From: Elsinoe ampelina
Lineage: Eukaryota
Assembly (NCBI GenBank): GCA_010093995.1
Contig: ML992510.1
Coordinates: 385,504-449,503 of the forward strand
Length of the DNA: 64,000 bases
Direction: 5' to 3'
Part shown: positions 13,575 through 25,914 of the stretch, in pieces
Layout of the letters: each line of letters begins with the position of its first letter
How positions within the stretch are numbered: the first letter of the stretch is position 1
The notes under the pieces: generated by a model
The model's database searches: none
What the model saw: only the letters and a program-made list of their open reading frames with translations
Told to the model about the DNA's origin: nothing
Translations under genes and position numbers: made by a program

Positions 13575-15673
13575 TTTTAACTACCCTTACTATAGTATAG
13601 CACGCTATAAGGTTAATAAGTAACTCTTACTCTAAGTTACTATTAGCATCTTCGATCGCTAGTAAGCTAGGAAAGCTTACTATTAACGACATATCTACTA
13701 CTAGTTTAACCTCGGGCAAACATAGAAGGTCTTTTAGTACGGAAGGACAGAGTAGGCCTAAGTTAGAGATAGAACTCTTCTACAGGGACTACGCCTACTT
13801 AAGGCGCTTCCTTATTTAACTTAAAGCCTTCTTTGCCCTAGAGAGAGATAAGTACGCTAACGACGCAGTAAAGGTCCTCTACGCCGAGATATACCTTAAA
13901 GGCGCTACCTTCGAGTAGTTCGAGCCTTATATAAGTAGCTACCTAGATAGATAACTAGGCCTAGATACAAAGGCTATCTTTAAGAGCTTTAGTATCTTCT
14001 AGGCAAAGATTGAGCAAGTCTTTAACATATCTAATAAGGAACGCATCGCCGTAACGAAGATCTAATAACTATAACAACGTAGGTCTATAGCCTAGTACTA
14101 TTCCTAGTTCTAACAACTTATAATGTATCTAGACTAGGACGATAGTACTAAATACTTAGTATTCTATTAAGGACTAAGCAACTTAGTTAAAGACTAAATA
14201 ATACTCGAGCTGCCTAATAGCCTTTAGGAACTAGTAGACACCTGTAATTACTATCGATAATAGACTTTACGAATGACGTATAGAACGTCGTAGAGGATAT
14301 AAGGTAAACACTAGATATACACGTTCCTCTCGAAACTATAGAGACTCTATAGAGCTTAATACTATATACGAAGGCTACCCCTTATAGGTACGAGGCTACG
14401 GCCGTAGAGGAAAGTTCCTTAGTAGAAAAGAGAAAGAGAAGTATAGACAAGACAACCTATGTTTTAAGTATAAAAGACCTAGGCATTAGGCTAGGGACTA
14501 CTAATAAGGGGCGCTAGCTAATGAATTATATATAATAGTTGCCGGGCTAGTAGAGAAAAAGGCTAACACTACTATAGAAGACCTAACGACCTTTAGTATA
14601 GGTAAGGAAATATAGAAGGAGTCTATAATAACTCGAGAGGTAGTAGAATCCTCTCCGGATGTTACGCTTAATATCTCTATAACTAATAGTAAATAACAAA
14701 GCTAATACGTAATACTATTATAGATAGTATATTATAATAACTCTTGTTATATTCACTTATTAGACAAGTAGGGATCTAGTTAGTTTCTATATAAGCTATC
14801 TAAGCGTAGGCAACTAACGAAATAGCTAGACTAGAAACCCGACCTAGAAGGGCTCTCTATAATTAGTAGCAACAGTAACTAACCTTAGAAGATAGTTAGC
14901 AATAATTACTAATATACAATTATCAAGACGAAGTATTAGAATACAAGTACTATACGACAATATAGTAGCCTTACCTTTAGCTCTTATAGCGTACTATAAG
15001 GAAAGGCATATTATATATTGCTCTAGAAATGTATAAATCTAGATTGCAAATAGTACTATACTATTTACTTATACGATGTACTTAGAGAAGATACCGTTAG
15101 TCTCGAATATACTATAGACTTCTTAGTAATCGAAATAGGTAGTACTATCCCCTATAGCTAAGTAAGAGAATATACTTAGTGTAGCCTTACTAACTATAAC
15201 TATGCTAGAGGTAGTAGCGACGAAGAGAAATATAATAAAGAATATACCGAACAACTATAACGTAATAACATAGATAAGAACTTATCTAATAACAACGACA
15301 ATAACAACAATATACTACTACTAGGCGGACAACTTAAAGCATACCTTATAGAGATATAGAGGAATCATATAATAATATACACCTACTACTAGAATAGGAC
15401 ACTATAAGACGAATCTATATAACTTGTTTTTGTCTTTAATGCTAATGCCTAGCTATATCCGGAAGAAATAGTTATACTAATACAAGTATATAACACTACT
15501 TAGTGCAACTAGTAGGGAATTATTGGACTTTATAGTTACTAAGGGACTTAGGCGCTAGAAGTTTACCTTACTATGTTAAATAGCAACAAAACACGACTTA
15601 CCTAATAGATATAGTACTAATAGTAGATACGTGCGGGAAGGGATTAGCTACTTATCTAAGGAGCTATAATAAC

Positions 15674-15683
15674 AAAAAACTAG
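15674..15683 (+). other. Probable -1 ribosomal frameshift site at the gag/pol junction of C1
   Basis: A AAA AAC slippery heptamer followed by TAG, ~115 bp before the protease motif. Conserved in C2 (~60334-60343) and C3 (~56067-56076, minus strand, partly mutated). Confidence 0.6.
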
Positions 15684-18600
15684 CTAGTTGTTGCCTAATA
15701 AGGCAAGATAATAACACTAGCTAAGGCCTTAACATAATAAAGATCTATACGTTAAACTACTTTATACTAGAAGTTAAAATATAAGGGAGTAAGGTAAGAG
15801 CAATAATAGATTCGGGAGCTAACTATAGCTACGTCTCTATAACAGTTACTAATTAGCTTAAACCTTATTAGCACTAGAAGGAGTTACCTTACTTACTTAC
15901 TATAGCGGATAGAACCCCTATAGGGAAGAATAGGAAAGTTACTTAGGAACTATAAAACGTTATAATTAAAATCGAAACATATATAGAAAAACAATTAATC
16001 GATATAGTAGACATGTAGTACAACATAGTACTTAGTATAGACTAGCTTTAATAACACAATCTAGACGTGGACTAGATTAAAGAAACACTCGAATTTCCTA
16101 AGTATAATTATAAAATATAGGGAGCATAATCGGCTCTATAGATACTAACTATAAGGACAGTATAGGTACGACTAATAGTTAGAGCTATCGCTAGCATAAG
16201 TAATTAAGCACTTCCGCCGGAATATAAAGACTTTAAGGACTTGTTTAAAGAAAGAGAAGGCATCGTAGCCTTACTCTAATATAAACTATAGAATTACAAA
16301 ATACTCTTTAAAGAGAGTAAATCCCTAATACACTATTAAGGTCTTATACCACTATCGAAATAAGAGGAGAACGTCCTTAAGGACTATATCGACAAGTACT
16401 TACTTAAAGGATTTATATAACTATTAAAATTACCTATTACGCACGGAGTGCTTTTTATACCTAAAAAGGATAGAATGTTACAAATATACATTAATTACTA
16501 GAAACTTAATATACTTACTAGGAAGAATCGCTATCCCTTACTAAGGATCGACGAACTTTAAGACCGACTACTTAGAGCTAAATAGTTTACTATAATTGAT
16601 ATTAGAGACGCCTATTATTAAGTACAAATAAAGGAGGGTAAGGAGTAGAAGATAGCTTTTAGGACGTAATAGAGTCTATATAAGTACCTTATTATGCCCT
16701 TTAGGTTAACTAACGCTCCTATAACCTTCTAAGAGTTAATTAATAACACTCTATAAGAATACCTTAATAACTTTATCTTAGTATATTTAGATAATATTGT
16801 TATCTTCTTAAAGATGTATAATAAACACGTAGGACATGTTTATAAAGTGCTATAGAAACTAAAAGAAAAAGACCTACTAGTAAAGCTCTCTAAGTATAAG
16901 TTTTATAAATATAAGATACAATTTCTAGGCTATATTATATCTACTAACAGCATCGGACCCGACCTAAGAAAGATTAAGTTAGTAAACAACTAGCTAGAAC
17001 CTACTACGGTTAGGGAGGTTTAAGCGCTACTAGAGTTCTTTAACTACTACTATAAGTTTATTAAAGAATTCTCTAAGGTAGCTATACTAATATCTAACCT
17101 TATAAAGAAAGAAACTAGATTTATCTTCGATAAGAAATGTAAGTAGGCCTTTAAGGAGCTAAAGCTTAGACTTATAATAGCACCTATTCTAGCACTCTTC
17201 GACCTAGACTAATAAGTACTACTAGAAACGGATGCCTCGGACTTTGCGATAGAAGTGTATCTAGCATAGAAGGACGCGGAAGAATAACGCTACCTAATTG
17301 TATACTACTTACGAAAAATAACCGGACCTAAACTTAACTACGACATACACGATAAGGAGTTACTTACGATTATAGAGGCATTCCGCAAATAGAGAGTATA
17401 CCTAGAAGAAACAACCTTACCTATGTAAGTCTATACTAACTATAAGAACCTATTATATTAGACAATAACTAAGGTTCTTAATAGATAATAGGTTCGATAG
17501 TTAGAAACACTTATAAGCTATAACTTTTAGATCTACTATGTTAAGGGATTAGAGAATAGTAGAGTAGACGCTCTTAGCCGACAACTAGATTATTTAAAGA
17601 ATATAACAATAATAGAGGCCTCTATACTAAAGTAGCAAGACGGCGCTCTAGTCTATAAGTACCCGAAGGTAGAGTAGTTATATAGCCTTACCTAGGAGCT
17701 TACGTAAGAATAGAAGAAAGAAGTTATTTAAATATACTATAATAACCTAATAGTAGGGCATAGCGGGATCGATAAGACTATTAAACTCATTATATAAAAC
17801 TACCTATAGAAAGGACTCTAAAACAATATTAAGACGTATATTGCCGTATATAATATATGCTACAAGTCTAAGTACTTACGACATAAGCTATATAGCCTAT
17901 TATAACTCCTACTACTACTAGATAAACTATAGCAATTAGTCACGATAGACTTTATAGGACCTTTACTACTATTAGAAGAACCTCTTATAGGTGTAAAGTA
18001 TAATAGTATTCTAGTTCTAGTAGATAGATTTACAAAGTATTACTACTTTGTACTATATAAGACAATAGTAACTACCGAGGATATAGCCTTTACCTTCCTT
18101 CGAATAATTGTTTTATAACATAGAGTACTATAAGACCTAATAACTAATAGAGATAAGCTATTTACGTTACAATTCTAGTAATTATTTATAAACCTACTAG
18201 GAGTTAAACATAAGCTATTAACCTCCTTTTATCTATAAACGGACAGACAAACTAAACAGGCAAATTAAGTACTAGAGTAGTACCTATAATGCTACCTAAA
18301 CTATAAGCAAGACTTATAGGTAATGCTATTATTGCTTATAAAGCTCGCCGTTAATAACAGAAAATTAGCAAATAGAATTTTACTATTCTATGTAAACTAT
18401 AGAATATACCTAGATCTATACTATAATATACTCGGAATTAAGCTAATATCTAAGGACGCTAATATACTAGTAGCTAACATTAAGAAACTATATAACTAGC
18501 TATACTACGATATAGTATTTATATTACAAAGAATAGTAGAATTTGCTAACTAGAAAAGAATTGTAGAACTAATTCTATAGGAGGGGGAGAAAGTTTACCT

Positions 18601-19050
18601 CCTTAGTAAAAACATTAAAACGAAACGACTAAGTAAGAAACTTAACTATACTAAACTAGGACCCTTTAAGATCCTAGAAAAGAAAAATAAGAACGTATAT
18701 AAACTAGAACTACTAAGACATATAAGGATCTATCTAGTCTTTTATATATTACTACTAGAGAAAGCACTATAGAATACTATACCCGGACCTATTAAACTAG
18801 ATAAAGAAACATAGGAGCTATAGTATAAGATCGAAAGGATTTTACGTTATAAACTTATAAAAGGAAAACGCTACTATCTTATTCACTAGAAGGGACATTA
18901 GTATAGCGAAGTAATATAGGAACTAGAGAAGCACCTTACCTCGTAAGTAATTCTAAATTACTAGATCGAGAACCTATTCTAAGTAAACTAACTAGATAGA
19001 CCTAGTACTCTAAACACTAAACAAAAACGAGAATGCCTAAGGAAGATTGC

Positions 19051-19599
19051 TTAACTAATAGAAGCACCTTAATCGTTACTAAGTAAGGAACTCTAATTAG
19101 AGTTAGGCATAAATAATTGCTAGTTCTATAGTAGGACGGGATCCACTAATAATAGCATTTTCTCCTACTCTAAGACTTAAGTATAGGTCTCTTCTAGAGA
19201 GATTACTTCCTCTACCTTATCCTCTAACTTTTATATCTCTTCGCGTAGATAAAGCTTATCGCCTATAGCTCTTTAATAAGCCTCTTTTGCCTTTTTATAA
19301 GCTTCTTTAGCTTTCTTTCTAGTAGCCTTAGCCGTAACTAATTCCTTTCGTAAATAAATATACTTAGACTAGAGACGCTACTATTTCAATTTTGTTACCT
19401 AAATATTATAACCTAAGTAGTTACTTGCGATATACTAGCTATAAATACCCGACCGAATGTGGACTTTATAGTCTAGCTCTTTTGACCTATAACAAGAGTA
19501 AGCCTACGGTATGTTAGTCCTAAACAATTTAATAAACTCTAAGAGGTTCTTTTATATAGATATACTAGATTTACTATGCCTTCGACAACTAGGAGGCAT
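19051..19599 (-). pseudogene. Antisense accessory ORF of family C (Zn2Cys6-like cluster plus coiled coil), RIP-damaged
   Basis: ATG CCT CCT start at 19599 (also at 52201 in C3). ~180 codons in one frame with only TAA/TAG stops. Tyr codons at C-x2-C-x6-C-x8-C-x2-C-x7-C spacing (TGY>TAY by RIP), then a K/E/A-rich helical region. Confidence 0.6.
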
Positions 19600-19673
19600 G
19601 TTTAGTACATAGCGTATAAGGATAAGGAAGGATACTTACTTATTAGGACAACTTAATTAAGGGAGAAGAGTAA

Positions 19674-20136
19674 TGTTATAAACTAGTAGGATAGCTAAAG
19701 CGTAGAGATGTTAGGACTAATTAAACTACTAAGGTTATTACGTAACCTAGCCCGATATTTACCTAGTTCTCTATCTTCTTTAGTAGCTCTGCCCCGGGGA
19801 CTATAGAGCACGTAGGTTACTAGCGGACGTGTACTTTATATTGCCTCTAACTCTCGCTACGGAGTACATAGAGTATATAGAGTATGCAGTAAAGGACATA
19901 TGTATATAGGAGCAGTTCTTACCTTATGTAAGTACTGTAGTTAACCTCGTCTAGATAGCGAACACTAGTATTACTAAGGCTAGCCTTTGTAATACTATCT
20001 AATTGTACTTTATTATCTGTAAGATATACCTTCTCCAACTCTTACCTTAGTGCTATACTGCTATAGAAGCAGAACTACCTCGTTCTTAGCTTAGCTTAGA
20101 CCACTAGCGTAGGCTATGTTTAGACAGTTCGTGACA
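19674..20136 (+). repeat. 3' LTR of C1
   Basis: 463-bp direct repeat of 13112-13574, ends gttcgtgaca. Confidence 0.92.
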
Positions 20137-20569
20137 AATAAGTTACTAGTATAGTATTAGACCTACGTAAGTATAGAGCTAGTATTAAGTAAGATACTTA
20201 TATAAAGGAAGTATTATAAAGGAGAAAAGAAGAAGAGAAGAAGAAGAGAAAGATATATATCTAGCTCTAAGCTAAGACTAATCTAGAGAATAATAGGTAA
20301 TAGTATATAATAATAAGTAGATTCTTATATATAAAGATAATAATATAAGAGCGCTATATTCTATATATAAAGAATTATACTATTATTACTATATCTAGTA
20401 TACGAAGAATAGTATAGGCTACTATAGGTATACTATATATATAAAGAGTATACTATACCTAAGAGGCACTAGCGAGACGCTCTTTTCTAGTTTTCTCCTA
20501 TACTAGGTTTTCTAGGTTTTATTAAGGCTTATAAGTATAAGAGTATACCTCTCGAAGGAGAGAAATAAT

Positions 20570-20767
20570 TATAAGAACTAATATAGTAAGTATACTACGC
20601 TAGCTTACTCTAGAGATACTATTCTCCGTAGGAGAATAAAACACTCCTTGCCTATAGAATAGATAGAGTAGAGATTAGTCTTATAATAATTAAGGGTATA
20701 CTAGTATAACACCTATTCTACTACTATATACTTGTCTTTCTAGCTCTAATATTCTACCTTTGTTATA
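20570..20767 (+). repeat. 3' LTR of B1
   Basis: Reverse complement of 5469-5666, 198 bp. Confidence 0.88.
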
Positions 20768-23540
20768 GAGCCTTAGTAGATTAAGTAATCTAATTAGTTT
20801 TACTTAAGGCTATTTCTCTAGCTTATAGAACTAAGTTTTATTAAATCTAATATCTCTTATTCTAATAACCTTCTTAGAGACTAGTATAAAGATTCTAAAT
20901 ATATTAGTTAAGTTATAACTAACTAGATAGCTAATATAAGCTCTTAGTATAAGCTTATTACTACTTATAATAAGCTTATCTAAAGTATAAGCTTTATATC
21001 TAAGTAGCCTAAGGTAAGTAACTAATAAAGAATATCTATAAACTAGCTTAAAGAAGGTTTTCTAGTCTAATTTCTTAAGAGATGTTCTATTAATTAAATA
21101 GGCTACTAATCTATAGAGTTTAAAGTATAATTCCCTTAGTAGATTAGTAAAGATAGTAATTACTCTTACTCTCCTTAATAGTATAGCTCCTATTCTTTTA
21201 TTATAACTATTCTAAGCTTAAGTATAGGAAGTAGATAGCTTATAATAGATTTCTTTACTATCTAGGAAGATAGTAAATTTAAGGCTAAAAGCTCTCTTAT
21301 TATTACTCCTAAGAAATCTAATTTTAAAGCTAAAATTGCTTTTAATATAGATAATTATCTTAATATAGATTTTATTAATCTTATATCTATAAGTATAGGT
21401 AGTAACTAGTTAATAGTTAGTAGTCCTATAAGTAAAGTAGCTTATATATCTTACTTTATTATAACTAGTAAATCTATTAATAATAATATTAAAGATAGTT
21501 CTTTTAAATAGCTTTAATATAGTAATCTTAGTATTAGAGCTCCTTAATATAATCTACTAAGCATTTAATAGCTTATAAGTCTAATATAGAGATCTAAGAT
21601 AGATTAGTTAAGCTAAACTAGACTTAGTTAGAGTTAGTTTACTACTAACTATAGTAGTTAGAAGGTCATTAATAGATTCTAAGCTTAGATAGCCTATAAC
21701 TTTATACTAAGATTAATTAGTCCTTATAATAACTATAGTAAAGGCTAAAGGTTAAGGATTATCTTCCCTTAATATAATAGTAATATAGAAAGCTTTAGAG
21801 TTATTCTCTAGTATATATTAGTTATACTTTAGTATAACTAAGAAAAGTACTTTTCCTTTATAGCTAATTTCTATAATTTAAGTATTCTAATAGACTTTAC
21901 TATTAATAAACCTCCTAAAGCTAACTAGATTAGTTATAATTAATAGTATATAGGCTACCTTTATAAGATAGATAGTTATAGGCTTTCCTTTATAAAGAGC
22001 TATAATATTAATAGTTCTCTAGCTCTTAATACTAAGTAAGGTATTACTATAGAATAGCTTCTTATAGAGCTCTATAATTCTAGTAACCTTATATCTATCC
22101 TTTATAGTATAATTATAGATATAATTAGTTACTCTAGAATCTAGTATCTATAAGCTTAAGATATTACTAGTAGCTAAAATAAATACTAAGTATAATCTAA
22201 TAGTTATAGCTATATTAATTAGCACTAGTAGAGTTAACCCCTTCTAATATTATACTTCCTTAGTAAGAATAGTATTAATTCTCTCTTTAAGAGTCTTATT
22301 ATTTAGCCTCTATCTAACCTCCTTTATAGTCTACTAGTTTAGTATCTATCTATCTAGCCTTATATACTTATTTAAGTAATAGTACTTACTCTACTTATAC
22401 TAGCTTTAATATATATATTTAAGCTCCCTAATAGAACTAGGTTTCTTATAAAGAATATTCTTAGTAGCTATAGAGAAGGCTATAGCTCTCTTACTAGTCT
22501 TTATAGTATTATATAGCTTATAAAGTTTATAGAACTATCTAAATTTAGTAATTAGTTTAAGTATAGTTAGTAGAGTTAGTAAATCTAGATTAATAAGGTA
22601 CTTATTAGTAAATACTAGTTTAGTTTTAGAGATAGAAAGTAAAAAGTCTCTCTATAGCCTTAAGCCTTAAGCTTCTAGTAGATTATAATTCCTAGCCTTA
22701 TCTATAACCTCTTTCTATTACTAAAGCTAATAGTCTATATTCTATAAGGAAGAGCTAGATAGCTACTTCCTCTAGAGTACTTTAACCTTAAGCTAAATAG
22801 CTATATTAGATAGAGTAAATCTATTTTTTAAGGCTTAAAGAATAGCTTATAGGTAAGGATCCTCTTCTAGTTAGATAATAGTAAGAACTTATAGTATAAT
22901 TAATAACTAAATAAGACTTATAAGATCTACTAAGGCCTTAAGCTATTTATTATATTAGACTTATTCCTCCTTATATATCTAGAAGAGTACTAAGAAGTTA
23001 GTATTTACTACCTCTAGTCTTTAAGGCTTAGAAAGCCCTTCTAGCTTAATAGTCTTCTAGGGATTAATAAGGTTCTATATCTTAGTATTTAAAGCTCTTA
23101 TCTTAATAATATATAGCTAGCTAGCCTATTTAGCTAATATAGTAAGAATAATAGGTATTCTAGCTATTAAGGTATTAGTATCTATAGTTATTTATCCCTT
23201 TATTAACACCTAAATCCTATAGTTATAGTTAAGGTAGTTCTTAATAGATTCTAATACTTAAAAAGTAAAATAATAGAGAATTAACTAATAAATAGAGTAG
23301 TTAAGTAACTAAGTAATATACTTATATAGGGGTAGTTATACTAGGCTTATAACTATTAACTTATGCAGGGAGGAAAAAGGATTAATTACTACCTAAACTA
23401 CTAAAATAAGGTAGACTATAACTATATAAATACTTAACCTAGTATACTAAACAATAGCTAAATCAAAAGAACTCCTTAATAGCAATAGATTAAGATAATA
23501 ACTATCTAATTTGATTATAAATTAGTAGAGTAGTAGATAA
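20768..23540 (-). mobile_element. Heavily RIP-degenerate element, probably the 5' end of a Ty1/Copia retrotransposon (LTR, PBS, gag)
   Basis: Minus strand from ~23185 reads IDTNTLIARIPIILTILAK*AS*LYIIKIRALNTKI*NLINP, which de-RIPs to the fungal Copia gag N-terminal pattern IIL...W..W..IIK..A....IW..IDP. gttataagcc (~23344-23353) resembles the ggttatgagcc Copia PBS. Downstream domains not recognisable. Confidence 0.55.
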
Positions 23541-24588
23541 GTATTTAGTTCCACCAGGGGATAAACTGAATCAGGGTCCTTCTTGGCGCTCCAGCTTATA
23601 CCTCGGTTGACAACAGCATTCTGCACCCGCCAATTTTCCATTTGCTCAAGCTTCATCTCTCCACCACAAGGTCGAGGTTCTTAGTTGTCTCAGCGCTCGG
23701 AAGGTCTATTCGGTGAAGTCAAGTCTTTAGAGTAGGTCAACAGCACCGCAATAACACTGTTTCTCCAGAGTGCTGTTGGTCGCAGAGCCCAAAGTGGAGA
23801 GCTGAAGACTGCCACATCACGCACCATGTAGACACAACCATGGAAGAAACTTCTGCTGGAACATGTCGGAAGCGGTGAACTCTCGTCGGACCCTCGTCCA
23901 AACCTCTTGCCGGGCCGCATGGTGGCTGAGGATGAGCAATCCATGGGCGCACATCCTCCCGTCTAGCCTTCGGTGCCTTCCTGAGACGGGCAAGGCGTGA
24001 GAAGCTTGGTACTCAGCTATCAATAGGATCATCGCAACCTGCACGACCACTTTTCGTTTTTGTTGCACTACATCTGCATCTCGGCCTCCCACAGGGATAT
24101 ACAGCCTCTCACAGTCGTGCCTTTGTCCGAGTGGCGCTCGCATATTCATCATGCCATGCCGTCCATCTAATCTACTGCATCCCGACACCCACACTCGCGG
24201 TGCTTTCTCCTCATGCCAATGCATGCTAGCTTATCAACGTGGCGACCTACGCCGTCCCAGTTGGCTTCAAGGCGTTCAGCTGAGATGATTTTTCGGGGTT
24301 CTGGTATCCTTCCAGCCTAGACGAAGCCTTTTAGTGGTAGCTGAGCTCGACCACGCGGGACCTTGCCGTTTCCTACACCCATCCTCGTTGGATCCATTGC
24401 GTGAACCACGGCCTGATGTTACCCTGTCTTCGGGAAGTAACAAAGTCTGTACGCCGCATTCTTCTCTTTTGATTTTTGCTTTACTCTTGCCATCGCACAA
24501 GATATCCTCGCGCATCGCACACACTCCTGCGGTCAAGGGGTGGACGATTGGATGTGATACACGCCGCGACAAAGCACTTCCCATCAAG

Positions 24589-25914
24589 ATGAGACTCCTC
24601 TTCCTCATCGCCGCCTTAGCGGCCACAGCCATGGCACAAGAAGGCACCACCGCATCCAGAACCTCCACGCGCGCCACATCCACCTCCTCTCGCTCGCCCT
24701 CAACCCACACCATCCTCGTCGGCAAAGCAGACCACGTCTTCGAACCCAACAACCTCGAAGCCTCCATCGGCGACACCGTCGTCTTCGAATTCTACCCCCT
24801 CAACCACTCCGTCGTCCGCGCTGACTACCGCTACCCCTGCATCCCCTACGAAGACACCGGCGCCGACCGCCGCGGCTTCTTCTCCGGCTTCCTCCCCATC
24901 TCGCGCATCGGCAACGACATGCCCCAATGGAACATCACCATCAACGACACCGCCCCAATCTTCTACTACTGCTCCGCCCCCGGCTCCTGCATCAACTACG
25001 GTATGGTCGGCGCCATCAATCCCAACTCCTCCGCGCAGGTATCAGAACAACAGAACCTCGCCCGCGCAGCAAACTACATGCTCCAACCAGGCGAGCCCTT
25101 CCCAGCAGAAGCCTCCTCCTCCATGTCCTCCCTCGCGACATCCACCCCGACAGCTCCCCCCGTAGTCTCATCAACCCCAACATCCTCCCCCACCCCGACC
25201 CCCGCTCCCACCTCCTCCCCCGCCCTCTTCAAAGGCGCAATAGCAGGCATCGCAATCGGCGCCGTCCTCGCCCTCGCCCTCCTCGGCGCCCTCTTCTACT
25301 TCATAGGCCGCTCCCGCTCTCTCAAGCAAAACCTCTCCATCGCCCGCTCCACCGTGCCCCACAACCCGGAAACAGGCTACAACCCGGACGGCCGCCGTCT
25401 CTTCTCCTCCTACGGGGGGAGCACCCACCCGTCCCACTCCCACTCCCAATCCCAGTCCGGCGCCCCCTCCGACGCAGGCGCGGGGTACGCCCCCTCCTCC
25501 TCCGCAGTCGGCAGGTGGACCGCCCAGCAAGCCGCCTCCACTCTGCACACCTCTCTCGTCCACGGCGCCGCGCAAGGCCCGGAGAAAAACGACCAGGTCC
25601 TCGCGAGGGCTTACCCCGACGAAGGGGCGAGTGTCCGCAGCGCCTCTCCGCCTGTCACACACCCTGGCACGCCGGGGTTTGTGTGCTCCTGGCCGGCCGG
25701 GGCGGGGATGCCGCCTTCGAGTGTGGGGAGTGCGCCGGTGGGGTGGTATTTTGATGGGCGGGAGGGGGCGACCCAGGGGCAAGGGCTGGGACATGGGAGT
25801 GTGGAGTTGAGGGGGAGTGAGGTCGGAGGGGGACTGGTGGTGGAGAGGGGGTTGGAGGGGAGGGTGCATGAGTTGGATGCTAGGAGGGGGAGTCGGGTTG
25901 AGGGGGAGAGCTAG
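24589..25914 (+). CDS. Secreted/membrane-anchored cupredoxin-like, Ser/Thr-rich protein
   Basis: Signal peptide MRLLFLIAALAATAMAQ; cupredoxin-like motifs (IGDTVVFEFYPLNHSVV, FYYCSAPGSCINYGMVGAINP); S/T/P stalk; TM helix GAIAGIAIGAVLALALLGALFYFI. Start placed at ATG 24589 within ORF 24334-25914. Confidence 0.8.
   Translation: MRLLFLIAALAATAMAQEGTTASRTSTRATSTSSRSPSTHTILVGKADHVFEPNNLEASIGDTVVFEFYPLNHSVVRADYRYPCIPYEDTGADRRGFFSGFLPISRIGNDMPQWNITINDTAPIFYYCSAPGSCINYGMVGAINPNSSAQVSEQQNLARAANYMLQPGEPFPAEASSSMSSLATSTPTAPPVVSSTPTSSPTPTPAPTSSPALFKGAIAGIAIGAVLALALLGALFYFIGRSRSLKQNLSIARSTVPHNPETGYNPDGRRLFSSYGGSTHPSHSHSQSQSGAPSDAGAGYAPSSSAVGRWTAQQAASTLHTSLVHGAAQGPEKNDQVLARAYPDEGASVRSASPPVTHPGTPGFVCSWPAGAGMPPSSVGSAPVGWYFDGREGATQGQGLGHGSVELRGSEVGGGLVVERGLEGRVHELDARRGSRVEGES

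Larger units (their letters stand above)
13112..20136 (+). mobile_element. Full-length Ty3/Gypsy chromovirus family C copy 1 (C1; CfT-1/skippy-like organisation), RIP-inactivated, inserted in B1
   Basis: 463-bp LTRs 13112-13574 (tgttacgaac...gttcgtaaca) and 19674-20136. TSD aatag/aataa. Gag zinc knuckle (CFKYKRPRH*ARDY, ~14459-14500), protease AIIDSGA (~15799), RT YLDN (~16783), RNase H ETDASDFAI (~17225), integrase TNRDKLF, chromodomain ~18820-18960, PPT aagggagaagag before the 3' LTR. Confidence 0.92.
2240..20767 (+). mobile_element. Ty3/Gypsy family B copy 1 (B1), 3' part in three pieces: 2240-5468, 12761-13111, 20137-20767
   Basis: Integrase motifs (HPQTDGQTERQN-like at ~3725-3765), chromodomain ~4330-4490. 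The pieces are the reverse complement of consecutive parts of B2 and join across two TSDs. 198-bp 3' LTR at 20570-20767 preceded by a purine tract. Confidence 0.85.

Noticed and set aside
1..23540. Alternative genetic code or organellar insertion as the cause of the stop-rich AT block
   Set aside because: Copy-to-copy differences are C>T/G>A transitions at CpA/TpG in recognisable retroelement domains, which is the RIP signature.
23690..24776. Short ORFs upstream of the cupredoxin-like gene
   Set aside because: No recognisable motifs, overlapping in several frames; likely promoter or intergenic sequence.
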